DNA of 64,000 nt from a bacterium (GCA_040756235.1 JBFLZG010000006.1:1-64000); one strand, 5' to 3'. Counted from the first letter of the stretch, positions 17,276-28,113 are shown. The notes: generated from the sequence alone by a model not told the origin. Program-made: numbers and translations.

Positions 17276-18301
17276 TCACTTCTTCACGAACGACCCGGTG
17301 TATTCATAGTTCATGGCCAGCGTGGTCAACAGCACGGCAAAGTCGGTGAGGGCGGCGTCCCGGTGCGCGGGCGCGACCTTGAGGTTCAAGGCGCGGATGC
17401 GGTCGAGCAGCTCATCCACGAGCGGACCCAGGACATGGGGCTCCACGCCCGTCCAGTAGTAGACCTGGCGAATGATGCGGTGCCGCGAAGGGCGGAGGAA
17501 ATCGGACGCGGCGCCCCCTTCGCGCCAGGGGAACAGGGTGCGCAGATCATAGTTGATCACCTTGGGCAGCTCGGGGCGGCTGGGCGCGCGCCCGACCTTG
17601 TACCACTCCGCGAGCGTCTCCTGGATCTGAGACATGGGAGCGTCCAGGTCCTCGGCGGTGACCTTCGGCGGTTCGTGACGGCAGCGTTGCACGGCCTTTT
17701 CGACGTACAGGAGCTTTTCCATCGCCGGCGTGTCGGCATATCCCTCGCGCCACTTCGAGCCCGGCGTGAGCCATACGGCGAAGGTCTCGGCGAAATCTTC
17801 GTCGGGATGCTTCTGCGCATACCAGCCTGGAATGTGGCGGACGAAACGGTCGCTGAACGGATCCGGCCGGAACGCGTCGTGATAGGGGCGGGCATAGGGA
17901 CCGAAAAGGCGCGTCCACTCCTTCTCTTCGTAGAAACAATAGGCGTAGTTGAACGCGTGCCCGCACTCGTGCCGCATGAACATCATGATCTCGTGCTCGT
18001 CCTCGACCTCGAGTCCGGTCAGCGCGCTCTCGATGCGGGTCAACTCCGGGGACGCAAGATAGAACGCGATGCCGATGACCGGCACGTTGCTGGGGCAGCC
18101 CCACTCGTCGGCGAGATAGCACTTGGGACGGAAATCGATCTCGTGAGCCGCCAGCTCCTCATAGAGCTGATGAACGTAGCGGATCAGCGGAGTCTTCTCC
18201 AGGTCGATCGCCAGCTCGCTGATCCGCTTGGAGAGCAGATGACGTTCTTCGGTATCGACCGGTGTCGGACTCGTGGATTCGCGAAAATCGGTGGTGCCCA
18301 T
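17276..18301 (-). CDS. Putative zinc-binding metallopeptidase
   Basis: HECGH (HExxH) and YAQKHPDEDFAETFAVW motif. Confidence 0.8.
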   Translation of the reverse strand: MGTTDFRESTSPTPVDTEERHLLSKRISELAIDLEKTPLIRYVHQLYEELAAHEIDFRPKCYLADEWGCPSNVPVIGIAFYLASPELTRIESALTGLEVEDEHEIMMFMRHECGHAFNYAYCFYEEKEWTRLFGPYARPYHDAFRPDPFSDRFVRHIPGWYAQKHPDEDFAETFAVWLTPGSKWREGYADTPAMEKLLYVEKAVQRCRHEPPKVTAEDLDAPMSQIQETLAEWYKVGRAPSRPELPKVINYDLRTLFPWREGGAASDFLRPSRHRIIRQVYYWTGVEPHVLGPLVDELLDRIRALNLKVAPAHRDAALTDFAVLLTTLAMNYEYTGSFVKK

Positions 18302-18425
18302 GGCCCTCGTGCCGCTGAATGAGACTTCTAAAAGGGTAGTACCGTGGAATCTGCGCAGGCAATTTTCGTCGGAGCGGATCCAGCGACGGGTCTTGAACGA
18401 GAGCCTGCCCTGACAGCGTCCATGA

Positions 18426-19784
18426 CTATAAGCCGAAGCGGCTGAGCAGCAGGCTCCCCAGGCCGAGGAAGACGAGGAACCCGCCGACGTCGGTGGCGGC
18501 GGTGACGAAAATGCTCGAGCCCAGGGCGGGATCCTTGCGGGCCCACCTCAGCACCAGAGGCACGAAGGCCCCGAACAGACCGGCGATCACGAGGTTGACC
18601 ACCATAGCCACGACCACCACCAGGGAAAGCCAGACGTTGCGGAACCAGAAATAGGCGATCAGGCCCATGATCAGGCCGTTGATCAAGCCGGTAAAGCACC
18701 CCACCGACATCTCTTTCAGGATCGTCCTCCAGCGCCTGGAGAACTCCACCTCGCCGAGCGCCAGGCCCCGCACCACCACCGTGAGACTCTGGGCGCCCGC
18801 ATTCCCCCCCATGCCGGCCACGATCGGCATCATCACCGCCAGTGCCACGAACTTCGAAATCGAGTCCTTGAACCGGGACACGGTGAAAGCGGCCAGCAGC
18901 GCCGTCACCAGATTGAGCAGCAGCCATGGCAGTCTCAGCCGCACCGATCGTGCGATCGGCGTGAACACGCGCTCCGAGGTATCCAGATTAGCGAGGTGGT
19001 AAATATCCTCGGTGGCTTCTTCCTCCATCACGTCCATGATGTCGTCGAAGGTGACCACGCCCAGGATCTTGTTTTCCTCGTCCACCACCGGGATGGCGAG
19101 GAGGTCGAAGTCCGAGACCAGCCTGGCCACTTCCTCCTGAGGGGTATCCGGTTGGACCTTGACCGGGTCCGGGACCATGAGCTCCCGGATCTTCGATTGG
19201 GCAGGAGCGAAGATGAGCTTGCGCAGCGGCAGGATCCCGAGCAGGTGAGAGTCTTCGTCGATCACGTAGAAGTACAGGATATCGGTGCCCTGATGTCTTT
19301 CGCGCAGCAGCTGGATGGCCTCGCCCACCATCGTCTCCTGGGGAAAGGCGATGTACTCGGTCGTCATGCGGCCGCCGGCCGTGTCCTTCTCGTAGAGCCT
19401 GAGCCGTTCGAGAGCCCATCGCTCCTTGTCGCTGAGCTGGCCGAGCATCTGCTCCTGGCGCTCCTCGGGAAGATAGCCCAGCAGATCGACGGCGTCGTCC
19501 GGGGAAAGACGGCGCACCATGTCGGCGATGGTCTCGTCGGATATCTCCTCGAGCAGCTCCTTGGCCAGCTCCTCGGGCAGCTCGCTCAAGGCGGGGCCCG
19601 CCATGCGCAAAGGGAACAGGAGCTCCAGGAAGCGGATCTGGTCCTGTTTGCGCAAGTGGGGCAGGATCTCGGCTACCTCGGCCGGCCTGAGCTTGGGAAT
19701 CAGTCTCTTGACCGGCTCGTACGAGCCCATCAGGAAAAGGCGCAGAATGATCCGTTGGGATTGCTTGAGCTTCTGGGCTGGCAT
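18426..19784 (-). CDS. mgtE: Magnesium transporter MgtE
   Basis: N-terminal helical domain, CBS pair (TAGGRMT), RLPWL, GGNAGAQ, DPALGS, TDVGG. Confidence 0.95.
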   Translation of the reverse strand: MPAQKLKQSQRIILRLFLMGSYEPVKRLIPKLRPAEVAEILPHLRKQDQIRFLELLFPLRMAGPALSELPEELAKELLEEISDETIADMVRRLSPDDAVDLLGYLPEERQEQMLGQLSDKERWALERLRLYEKDTAGGRMTTEYIAFPQETMVGEAIQLLRERHQGTDILYFYVIDEDSHLLGILPLRKLIFAPAQSKIRELMVPDPVKVQPDTPQEEVARLVSDFDLLAIPVVDEENKILGVVTFDDIMDVMEEEATEDIYHLANLDTSERVFTPIARSVRLRLPWLLLNLVTALLAAFTVSRFKDSISKFVALAVMMPIVAGMGGNAGAQSLTVVVRGLALGEVEFSRRWRTILKEMSVGCFTGLINGLIMGLIAYFWFRNVWLSLVVVVAMVVNLVIAGLFGAFVPLVLRWARKDPALGSSIFVTAATDVGGFLVFLGLGSLLLSRFGL

Positions 19785-20333
19785 AGGGGCCCTGACTGGC
19801 GGCGCGCGAGGCGCCGGAGAACGCCCCTTTCCCGCAGGCCGGTCCGTCCCGCCCGCGTGCAGGGGGTGGAAAGATCATCAAGAGATCTATCAAAAGAGTG
19901 AATGATGGCCCGGCGGTAATCAAGCCGGGACGTAACAGAGCCCCCGGCCGCAGACCTGAGGCCGGCCTTCCACTCCGCTCCCAAAAGGCAGGCACAGGCG
20001 GTCGGCCCGGTCCGACCAGCTTCGAGCTTCTCCCTGATCTCGTCATAGAAATAGTCTGATTCCACACAACTTCTCCTATGATTTCCGTCGATTCCCAAGA
20101 AGTTGCGTCGGGCATCACTTCGAGAACGACCTTCCCGAGAGCGTCGAGATCCAGCTCCCGTATCTCGCTGAGGCGGGATTCACCCATTACGACGTCGTGT
20201 GGCGTCATGAGAAGTTTGCAGCGTTCCATGCACAGAAGTGAAGGATTTCGTCCGGCAGCGGGAGAACGCGGGGGGAAAGGCGGCAAGGCGTTTGGGGGAC
20301 AGACCCGGCCGGGCCTGTCCCGCGATCACGGAA

Positions 20334-20720
20334 TCACGCCAGCAGGCGCTTGACGCTCTCGACGATTTCTTCGGCGGAGGCGGGCTTGGGAAGATAGTCG
20401 TCCGCCTCGGTGCTCATTCCGTCATAGTGGGAATACCGTGTGCTGGAGACGTGCGAGCTCACCGCGGTCAGGAGGACGATGGGAATGTTCTTGTACTTGT
20501 CGCTGTTCTTGAGCTCCTGGCAGACCGCGTATCCGTCCTTCTCCGGCATCATGACGTCCAGCACGATGGCGTCCGGAGGACTCTCCTGGACCTTCTTCAG
20601 CCCCTCGACACCGTCGTAAGCCACTTCGACCTGGAACCCTTCCTTCTCCAGGTACTTCTTTACGATGGCCACGAAATCGGGCTCGTCATCCACCACGAGA
20701 ATTCTCTTTTTCCCTGCCAT
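20334..20720 (-). CDS. Single-domain response regulator
   Basis: VVDDE, VLDVMMP, LLTA, KP; AGGAGG RBS. Confidence 0.92.
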   Translation of the reverse strand: MAGKKRILVVDDEPDFVAIVKKYLEKEGFQVEVAYDGVEGLKKVQESPPDAIVLDVMMPEKDGYAVCQELKNSDKYKNIPIVLLTAVSSHVSSTRYSHYDGMSTEADDYLPKPASAEEIVESVKRLLA

Positions 20721-20955
20721 CCCTTCGATCCTCCTGAGGTCCTCATGTCCTTGCGGATCTGCGCGCGCCGGATCTTCACCTGCAAACGCAGAGCGTGCTT
20801 TCTCGGCCCCGACAGAGCCGCGCGCGTGCTTCCGTACGGCCTCCCCGGGCTAGCCGGCGATTGACACCTTAACAAACGGGTCGTCGGCAAGTCAACCGAA
20901 ACGCCGCCGGGCATGCCCTCCCGGCCGGGGCTCGGAGAAACCAAGAGATGACAGC

Positions 20956-22815
20956 TCACTCGCGCCGGTACTTGGGTATCCGGAAAGGACCGGCCGGCGG
21001 GTGCGCCGGCTCCCCTTTCCCTTCGTAGCCTTTGGGGATGACAGGCAGGAGCACGCAGGAAGGCCGCGCCCGCGTGCTGTGGATCGTGTGTTTCACGCTC
21101 GCCATGTGAGGAAGATGGTACCAGAGGGCCTGGACCTGGTCCTGGCCGGAGATCTCCAGACGGATCCTGTGCCCGGTCAGAAAGACGTTCGAGGTCATGC
21201 GGAGGTCGGCCGCGAACAGAATGATGCGGCCGGGTTCGACCGGAAGGCTTCGGGTGTGCGGATGATAGGGCGCATGCGGTCTCGACTTGCCCTCGTCGAG
21301 CTCGTAATGGGAAGCCTTGAGCCACCCCTCGGCTACGCACCTCTCGCATCCATCCACGTCGATGTCCTTGAGCTTGAGGTACCAGTCCGTATCGTTCGTC
21401 AGCGGTTTCAGCACCTCCGTTTCGGTCTCGGAGGACTTCCACGTCCTGGCCCGAACCCCCTCGCTCTCGATCGACGCATGCCAGTAGAGGGCGATCGGGC
21501 CGGTCACCTCGACGCTCTCCCTGAGCGGATCCGTCTCGTAGACCGCCCTGGGCACCGGGTCGGCCTTGGCCAGGGTGTCGGCCGAACGAAAGCCCTGGGA
21601 GGGGTTGGCCCAGGGGTCGCTGACGAACACCTGCGGCCTCTCCCTGGCGCCCGGCAAGTCCGTCGACAGCCTCCCTCCTTCGCGGAGATAGAACTTCGTC
21701 CAGCGGGTCGCCTTGAGCGGCCACTCGCTTTCGTACCTCCAGGTGTTCGTACCCTGGACGAAGATCAGGATCGGCGGCTCGTCCATCAAGCCCGTGTCCA
21801 GGCCCTTGAGCCAGTGGTCGTACCAGCGCAGGCACACGTCCTGTACCTCGTGGAACGGGCGGTCCATTCCGCCGTAGTTGTCCGAGGGCACGACCAGCAT
21901 CTTCTTGTTCTTTTTCGGCGCCCAGATTCTCTCGAACGCTTCGAAGTCCCCCGGCAGGTGCAGGGCCCAGCCGTTCCAGCGAGACCCCATGTAGCTCGGG
22001 ATGCGGATCTCCCGGAGGCGGCCGGAGGGCGACATGCGCCGGTAGAACGGCCCGTCGTGGGGGTGCATCAGCAGGTCGAACTGAGAAGGGTTCATCTGAG
22101 GGCAGGTCGTGATCAGGTACAGATACGGAGTGCACCGGATGTCCGGGTCTTTCTGCAGCTCCCGCACCTTCCCGCGCAGCTCGGCTTCCGTGAATTCCTG
22201 AAAGCTCGCCGGCTGCGGCTTGCTCCTGGCCGGCGTGAGCCCCCACAGGTGCAGCGGGAAGAGATAGCAGAAGATGCCGCCGTGGTAATAGAAGTGCCGG
22301 TAGTAATCGGTCACGCCCTCGAACGGGAAGATCGCCCTGAGGTGAGGCGGCTGCTCGGCGGCGATGCCGTACTGGGACATGGCGAATGCGGACATTCCGG
22401 CCATGCCGACGTTGCCGTCGCACCACGGCTGCCGCGCCACCCACTCGATCAGGTCGTACCCGTCCTTGCCCCAGTCCAGGCTGATCTCCCCTTCCGACTT
22501 CCCCACTCCCCGCATGTCGGGGATGACCTGCACGTACCCTCTGGGCACGAAGTAGCTCTGTTCGCCGCACTCGTGGCCGCCCGTCCCTCTCAGGTAGTCC
22601 GAAGGCTGGTAGCGGGGGTGGGTCGGAAGCTTTTCGGAGTCCTTTCCGTACCAGGAGTAGGAGACGAGGGCGGGAAACCGGCCCTTGCCCCTGGGCCGGT
22701 AGATGTCGACGCACAGGCGCACGCCGTCGCGCATCGGGACGCGGACGTCCTCTTCGAGCGCCACGCCGTACCTGGGCTGTGAAATCAGGTGATGCCAGTC
22801 TCTGGGCCTTCCCAT
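20956..22815 (-). CDS. CocE/NonD family alpha/beta hydrolase
   Basis: PMRDGVRL, DMRGVGKSEG, QPWCDGNVGMAGMS, WYDHWLKG, EVTGP. Confidence 0.88.
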   Translation of the reverse strand: MGRPRDWHHLISQPRYGVALEEDVRVPMRDGVRLCVDIYRPRGKGRFPALVSYSWYGKDSEKLPTHPRYQPSDYLRGTGGHECGEQSYFVPRGYVQVIPDMRGVGKSEGEISLDWGKDGYDLIEWVARQPWCDGNVGMAGMSAFAMSQYGIAAEQPPHLRAIFPFEGVTDYYRHFYYHGGIFCYLFPLHLWGLTPARSKPQPASFQEFTEAELRGKVRELQKDPDIRCTPYLYLITTCPQMNPSQFDLLMHPHDGPFYRRMSPSGRLREIRIPSYMGSRWNGWALHLPGDFEAFERIWAPKKNKKMLVVPSDNYGGMDRPFHEVQDVCLRWYDHWLKGLDTGLMDEPPILIFVQGTNTWRYESEWPLKATRWTKFYLREGGRLSTDLPGARERPQVFVSDPWANPSQGFRSADTLAKADPVPRAVYETDPLRESVEVTGPIALYWHASIESEGVRARTWKSSETETEVLKPLTNDTDWYLKLKDIDVDGCERCVAEGWLKASHYELDEGKSRPHAPYHPHTRSLPVEPGRIILFAADLRMTSNVFLTGHRIRLEISGQDQVQALWYHLPHMASVKHTIHSTRARPSCVLLPVIPKGYEGKGEPAHPPAGPFRIPKYRRE

Positions 22816-23008
22816 CTCGAGCCTCCTGTCGAATGGATTCTCCTTCGAGCCGGAAGAGGCCTTTCTAAGCCGAACGGCCTCTGATGTAAAGCTGCCGCGC
22901 GCCTTCTCCTGAATGGCCTGGTCACGAACGGATCGTCCCCAAGCGTTCCCTCCGCGCGCTGCCCGGCTCCGCGGAAAGCGAGCGCCGGCGATGGAGGGGA
23001 ACCGGACA

Positions 23009-23038
23009 TTGACTCCGCCCGGGAGCCGCCCCTATATT
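23009..23038 (+). promoter_or_regulatory. Putative sigma70 promoter of the ClC gene
   Basis: TTGACT-N18-TATATT about 70 bp upstream of ATG. Confidence 0.5.
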
Positions 23039-23108
23039 CAAGCGACCGCCCGGGTTGACCGCCTCGACCCTTCTTCTTGCGCCCGGCCTGAAAGCACGGT
23101 GACCCGCC

Positions 23109-25145
23109 ATGGCCAGCTCGACCCTCCTCCCGCTCAAGAAGGGGTGGGACCGGTTCCGGCTGAACCCGACGGCCGAGCTCGTCATCATCCCTTCTCTCAC
23201 CGGCCTGCTCACGGGGGTCGCGGCCATCGGCTTCGTCGAGCTGATCGATCTCGTCCAGTGGGTTGCGATCGGCTCGCGAGAGTGGCCCTTGAAGGTCATC
23301 CCGCACCTTCCCTGGTACCACCTCTTCCTGATCCCGATCCTGGGCGGCCTCATCGTGGGCCCGCTGGTGAACAAGGTCTCGCCCGAGGCGGAAGGGCACG
23401 GGGTGCCGGAGGTGATCGAGACCGTGATGGTCCGAGGCGGGCGGATGCGTCCCCGCGTCGCCCTCGTCAAATCCGTTGCCTCTGCCGTGACCATCGGGAC
23501 CGGGGGATCGGTCGGCCGCGAGGGGCCGATCGTGCAGATCGGCGCTTCGATCGGCTCGACCATCGGCCGGCTTTTCCGCCTTCCTCCGGAGCAGCTCAGG
23601 ACCCTGGCCGCGTGCGGCACCGCGGGAGGGATCGCGGCCGTGTTCAATGCGCCGATCGCGGGCGCCTTCTTCGCCCTGGAGGTGATCACCCGGAACTTCG
23701 CCACCAGGGCGTTCGGCCCGGTCATCCTCTCCTCCGTGCTGGCCACCGTGGTGTCGCGCGCCTACTTCGGTGACACCCCCGCCTTTGTCGTCCAGCCGTA
23801 CGAGCTGGAGAGCGCCCTGGAGCTGGCCGCGTACGCCGGCCTGGGGGTCCTCAGCGGGGCTCTGGGCGCCCTGTTCGTACGGACCATGGACCGGTTCGAG
23901 ACCTTGGCCTCCAGGATCCCCGTGCCCAGGATGTGGCACACGGCCCTGGGAGGCGCCGCCTTGGGCGCGCTCTTCCTCGTGATGCCGAATCTGTACGGCG
24001 TCGGCTACGGCACGATGGACGGCGCCCTGAGCGGCAACATCGCCTGGGAGTGGCTCGGCCTGCTCACCCTGGGCAAGATCGTCGCGACCAGCTTGACCAT
24101 CGCTTCAGGCGGCTCGGGCGGCGTGTTCCTGCCCTCCCTCTTCATCGGCTCGGTCGGCGGAGGGCTCTTCGGTTGCGGCGTGCACGGCCTCTTTCCCGGC
24201 CTGACGGCCAGCTCCGGGGCCTATGCGCTGGTCGGCATGGCAGGTGTCCTGGCCGCCGCCACGCACTCGCCGATCACGGCCATGCTGCTCCTGGTCGAGA
24301 TCACCGGCGACTACAAGATCATCCTGCCGGTGATGATCGTCGTCACGCTGGCGACCCTCGTCGGGAGAGCGCTCGAGGAGGAATCCCTCTACACCCTCAA
24401 GCTCAGCAGGCGCGGGACCGCGCTGCGCCGCCATGAAGAGCTCATCCTGCGCACCCACACGGTCGGGCAGGTGATGCAGCCGCCCGCGCACGTGCTCGCG
24501 GACCGGACGCCGATCGAAGAGGTGCTGCGCTACTTCCTGATGCACGATGCGGCCATCGTCTACGTCACGGACGGGGAAGGCCGGCTCGCGGGGGCGATCT
24601 CGATCCACGACATCAAGGACCCCGAGGTGGGGCAACTGGGGCCGCTCGTCCTGGCCGTCGATCTCGCGGAGCCGAACCTTCTCAAGGTCCTGCCGCACGA
24701 CACGCTCGCCGATTGCATGGACCGGTTCGTCGTGAGCGACAGGGACGAGCTGCCCGTGGTGACGGAGGCCGGCCTTCTGGCCGGGGTGGTCACCCGCAGG
24801 CAGGTGCTCCAGGTCTTCAGCAGCGAGCTGCTCCGGCAGGTCTTCCTGGACGTTTCCATCCGGGATCAGCGGGTCGAGTCCGTGCAAGACATGCTGCACC
24901 TGGGGCAGGGGCTGACGATCGCCCGGATGGAGGTCCCCCGCGCCCTGGCGGGACGCTCGCTGCGGGATGCGAACCTGCGGGCGGCCTACCATCTGACCGT
25001 GGTCGCCATGCGGCACCCGGACGACACCGCGGACCGGTTGCCGGACCCCGCGGAGCCGCTGGCTGCCGACGACGTTCTGGTCGTGGTGGGCAAACCGTCG
25101 GACCTCGAGCGCTTCCGGCTGGGCGATGCGAACGGGGGCACCTGA
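23109..25145 (+). CDS. ClC chloride channel/antiporter with CBS pair and TrkA-C domain
   Basis: GHGVPE, GREGP, FNAPIAG, GGVFLP, SLY; C-terminal CBS and GRSLRDANLR..LVVVG. Confidence 0.92.
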   Translation: MASSTLLPLKKGWDRFRLNPTAELVIIPSLTGLLTGVAAIGFVELIDLVQWVAIGSREWPLKVIPHLPWYHLFLIPILGGLIVGPLVNKVSPEAEGHGVPEVIETVMVRGGRMRPRVALVKSVASAVTIGTGGSVGREGPIVQIGASIGSTIGRLFRLPPEQLRTLAACGTAGGIAAVFNAPIAGAFFALEVITRNFATRAFGPVILSSVLATVVSRAYFGDTPAFVVQPYELESALELAAYAGLGVLSGALGALFVRTMDRFETLASRIPVPRMWHTALGGAALGALFLVMPNLYGVGYGTMDGALSGNIAWEWLGLLTLGKIVATSLTIASGGSGGVFLPSLFIGSVGGGLFGCGVHGLFPGLTASSGAYALVGMAGVLAAATHSPITAMLLLVEITGDYKIILPVMIVVTLATLVGRALEEESLYTLKLSRRGTALRRHEELILRTHTVGQVMQPPAHVLADRTPIEEVLRYFLMHDAAIVYVTDGEGRLAGAISIHDIKDPEVGQLGPLVLAVDLAEPNLLKVLPHDTLADCMDRFVVSDRDELPVVTEAGLLAGVVTRRQVLQVFSSELLRQVFLDVSIRDQRVESVQDMLHLGQGLTIARMEVPRALAGRSLRDANLRAAYHLTVVAMRHPDDTADRLPDPAEPLAADDVLVVVGKPSDLERFRLGDANGGT

Positions 25146-25281
25146 CCGCCGCGGTTGACAGGGGTCCCTTTTCTGTGTGAGCGTAATCGTTGCGGATCGC
25201 ACGGCACTACGAGCTGACTCTTCTTTGATCGAAGGTGATGAACGCCTTGCAGAGCGGCTGTCCCGGAGAACGGAGGGGCTC

Positions 25282-27681
25282 ATGAAGGCCGCGCGTAAGT
25301 CCTTCGAGACCGCGCACGCGGGGGCCACGGACGCAAGGGCCAGATCCGAGCTCCCGGAGCGCATCCGAGGCATACACCGGGATCTGGCTGCGGCCAGGCC
25401 GCACCTCTGCCCCGAGCGGGCGGTCCTGGTCACGGAGTACTTCCGGAAGTACGACGCGCCGGGCGAGCCCGCGGTGGTCCGCCAGGCTCGTGTCCTCCAC
25501 CACCTGCTGACCCGAAAGTCCGTCCGCATCTACCCGGGCGAGCTCATCGTCGGCAACGCGGGCACGAGCCGCGTCTCCTGCATCCTTCAGCCCGAGCTGG
25601 CGAGCGCTTTCATGGCGAGCGAGCTGGCCTGGATCGAGCGGCGGCGGACCAACCCTTTCCGGATCTCGCGCATCGACCGGGCGAGGCTCGCCACCCGGGT
25701 CATCCCCTACTGGCTGCGGCGCTCGATGCCGGCCAGGATGTTTCCGGACCCGCTGACCGCGGCCCGCTACGTCCGCAGCCAGCTCGACCCGGTCTTCTAC
25801 CTCATCAACGAAGCGGGCGGCATCGGGCACTTCCTGCCGGACTACGCGCGCATGCTGCGTCTGGGCACCCGCGGTTACCTGGAGTCTCTCGCGGGGCAGA
25901 ACGATCCTCTGCACCAGGCGGCAGGCATCGTCTTGAGAGGCCTGGAGAAGTGGGCGGAGCGGATCGCAGAGCACGCCTCCGGGCTGGCTCGGGACAGCGT
26001 GGACCGCGTGCGCCGGGCCGAGCTCGTCGAGATCGCCAGGATCTGCCGCAAGGTTCCCCGGGAGCCGGCCGAGACGTTTCACGAGGCGCTGCAGTCCCTC
26101 TGGCTCACCCACCTCGCGGTGAACCTGGAGAGCATCAACTCCGCGGTCTCCTTCGGCCGCATCGACCAGTACCTCTACCCTTACTACCAGCGGGACCTCG
26201 AGCGGGGGGTGCTCGCGAGGGAGCGGGCGCTCGAGCTGCTGCTCTGCTTCAGCGCCAAGGCGACGGAGCACCTTTTTCTGCTCTCCAGCCGGATCTCCGA
26301 GTACCACGCCGGCTACCTGGTGGTACAGGCCGCGGTCGTGGGCGGCATGGACCGCGAGGGCCGGGACGCGGTCAACCCGCTGACATGGCTCCTGCTCGAG
26401 ATCATGGAGAAGCACCGGATGCGGGACCCCAACTACCAGGTGCGCGTGCACCGGGGCTCGCCGCCCGACTACCTCGCCCGGGCCGCGGACGTGGCCCGGC
26501 AGGGCTCCGGCATGCCGGCCTTCTTCAACGACGAGGCGGTGGTGGCCGCCCTGACGGCGCACGGCTTCCCGCCGCAGGACGCCCGCGACTACGGGATCGT
26601 CGGCTGCGTGGAGCCTTCGATCCCGGGCAAGAGCTTCCTTTCCACGGACGCCGCGCTGTTCAATCTCCCCATCTGCCTGGAGCTGGCCCTGAACGGCGGC
26701 CGGCGCTGGAACGACAGGCGCCGCTCGGGCGCGCCGACGCCGGACCCTGCCGGCTTCCGGAGCATGGACGACATCCTCGGGTCGTTCCAGCAGCAGCTCT
26801 ACTTCCAGATCGACCGCCTGATCGCGGACCTCCGGATGGCCGAAAAGGGCAACCGCGATCACCATCCCACCCCTCTGTCCTCCTTGCTCGTGGCCGGCTG
26901 TATCGAGTCCGGCAAGGACCTTACGGCAGGCGGGGCCCGTTACAACGGAAGCGGGGTCCAGGGGGTGGGGGTCGCGGACGTGGCCGACTCCCTGGCCGCG
27001 CTCGATCACCTCGTCTTCCGGAGGAAGCGCCTCAGGCTCACCGAGGTGCTCGAAGCCCTGCGCGCAAACTTCGACGGATGCGAAGAGGTCCGAGTCAAGC
27101 TCGAGCGGGCGCCCAAGTTCGGCAACGACCACCCGCTGCCGGACGGCTACGCTGCCCGGGTGGTCCAGATGTTCCACGACTCCCTGGTCCGGCACCGCAA
27201 CACCCGGGGCGGCACGTACGTGCCCGGGTTCTACTCGGTCACCTGCCACGTCGCGTTCGGGAAGAAGACCGGAGCCCTGCCGTCCGCCAGGCGCGCGGGC
27301 GAGCCCTTCGCATCCAGCCTGGGCCCTGCCGTGGGCGCCGAGCGCCGCGGTCCGACCGCCCTGCTCCAGTCGGTGGCCAAGGTGGACTCCGCACTCATGC
27401 CGAACGGCAATGCTTTGAACCTGCGCTTCGACCCTGCCCAGCTCGAAGGCGACCGCGGGATCGAGCGCTTACAGGGGCTGATCCGGGGCTTCTTCGAACA
27501 GAACGGCATGCAGGTTCAGCTCAACGTGATCGATCCCGAGCTGCTCGAGGACGCCAGGGCCCATCCGGGGAAACATCCGGAGCTGGTGGTCCGGGTGGCG
27601 GGCTACTGCGCCTACTTCGACGACCTGCCGGAGGCGGCCAAAGACGAGATCATCCGCCGTACCCGTCTCCGGGCCTGTTGA
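25282..27681 (+). CDS. Glycyl radical enzyme (PFL2/dehydratase-like)
   Basis: ELIVG, SFGRIDQYLYPYY, IVGCVEP Cys loop, PKFGND, C-terminal VRVAGY glycyl motif; GGAGG RBS. Confidence 0.92.
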   Translation: MKAARKSFETAHAGATDARARSELPERIRGIHRDLAAARPHLCPERAVLVTEYFRKYDAPGEPAVVRQARVLHHLLTRKSVRIYPGELIVGNAGTSRVSCILQPELASAFMASELAWIERRRTNPFRISRIDRARLATRVIPYWLRRSMPARMFPDPLTAARYVRSQLDPVFYLINEAGGIGHFLPDYARMLRLGTRGYLESLAGQNDPLHQAAGIVLRGLEKWAERIAEHASGLARDSVDRVRRAELVEIARICRKVPREPAETFHEALQSLWLTHLAVNLESINSAVSFGRIDQYLYPYYQRDLERGVLARERALELLLCFSAKATEHLFLLSSRISEYHAGYLVVQAAVVGGMDREGRDAVNPLTWLLLEIMEKHRMRDPNYQVRVHRGSPPDYLARAADVARQGSGMPAFFNDEAVVAALTAHGFPPQDARDYGIVGCVEPSIPGKSFLSTDAALFNLPICLELALNGGRRWNDRRRSGAPTPDPAGFRSMDDILGSFQQQLYFQIDRLIADLRMAEKGNRDHHPTPLSSLLVAGCIESGKDLTAGGARYNGSGVQGVGVADVADSLAALDHLVFRRKRLRLTEVLEALRANFDGCEEVRVKLERAPKFGNDHPLPDGYAARVVQMFHDSLVRHRNTRGGTYVPGFYSVTCHVAFGKKTGALPSARRAGEPFASSLGPAVGAERRGPTALLQSVAKVDSALMPNGNALNLRFDPAQLEGDRGIERLQGLIRGFFEQNGMQVQLNVIDPELLEDARAHPGKHPELVVRVAGYCAYFDDLPEAAKDEIIRRTRLRAC

Positions 27682-27691
27682 GAGCCGGAGA

Positions 27692-28113
27692 TTGCGAGCG
27701 CAGCGAAGCAACCCCCCGGGGGCCAGGGCTGCCCTTTACCCACAAGTCGGCCCATGGGGCGCGCAATGCGAAATCAGGTTCTTTTCCGTCATTCCGGCGC
27801 AGGCCGGAATCCAGTCCCTGCGCCCAGTTACCACAGCTGGTTCTGGTGCACCCTGCTGGATCCCGGCTCCCACGCGCTCCGCACCTGGGCCGGGATGACG
27901 AATCGTGACACAGCCTCGCAGGCCGGGACCCGGCCCGTCCACACCGTGATCTTGTGGTGCGACCCGCCGGTCGCCGCTGCGACACGTGGTCGAACGGCCC
28001 CCGGGGACGGGCGCCCCTACACGGCCCTGCGGGGTCTCGGACAGGCTCTTGTAGGGGCAGGGCTTGCTTTGCCCGATCTTGCTTTGTAGGGGCGAATGAT
28101 CATTCGCCCCTAC
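27692..28113. repeat. Cluster of several repeat families (TTGCGAGCGCAGCGAAGC unit, CGTC REP doublet 27787-27900, GACACAGCCTC end, GTAG REPs)
   Basis: Each unit has homologues elsewhere in the window (60254-60281, 37634-37746, 51117, 3705). Confidence 0.85.

Noticed and set aside
17276..18301. Peptidase as part of a peptide-ligase or RiPP system
   Set aside because: No ATP-grasp, transglutaminase or precursor gene adjacent in this window
22987..23020. Fluoride riboswitch resemblance (GGCGATGGAG..TGACTCC) upstream of ClC
   Set aside because: No P1 partner (TCGCC), it overlaps the likely -35 box, and the protein has GREGP rather than the CLC-F GREGT/GEVTP motifs
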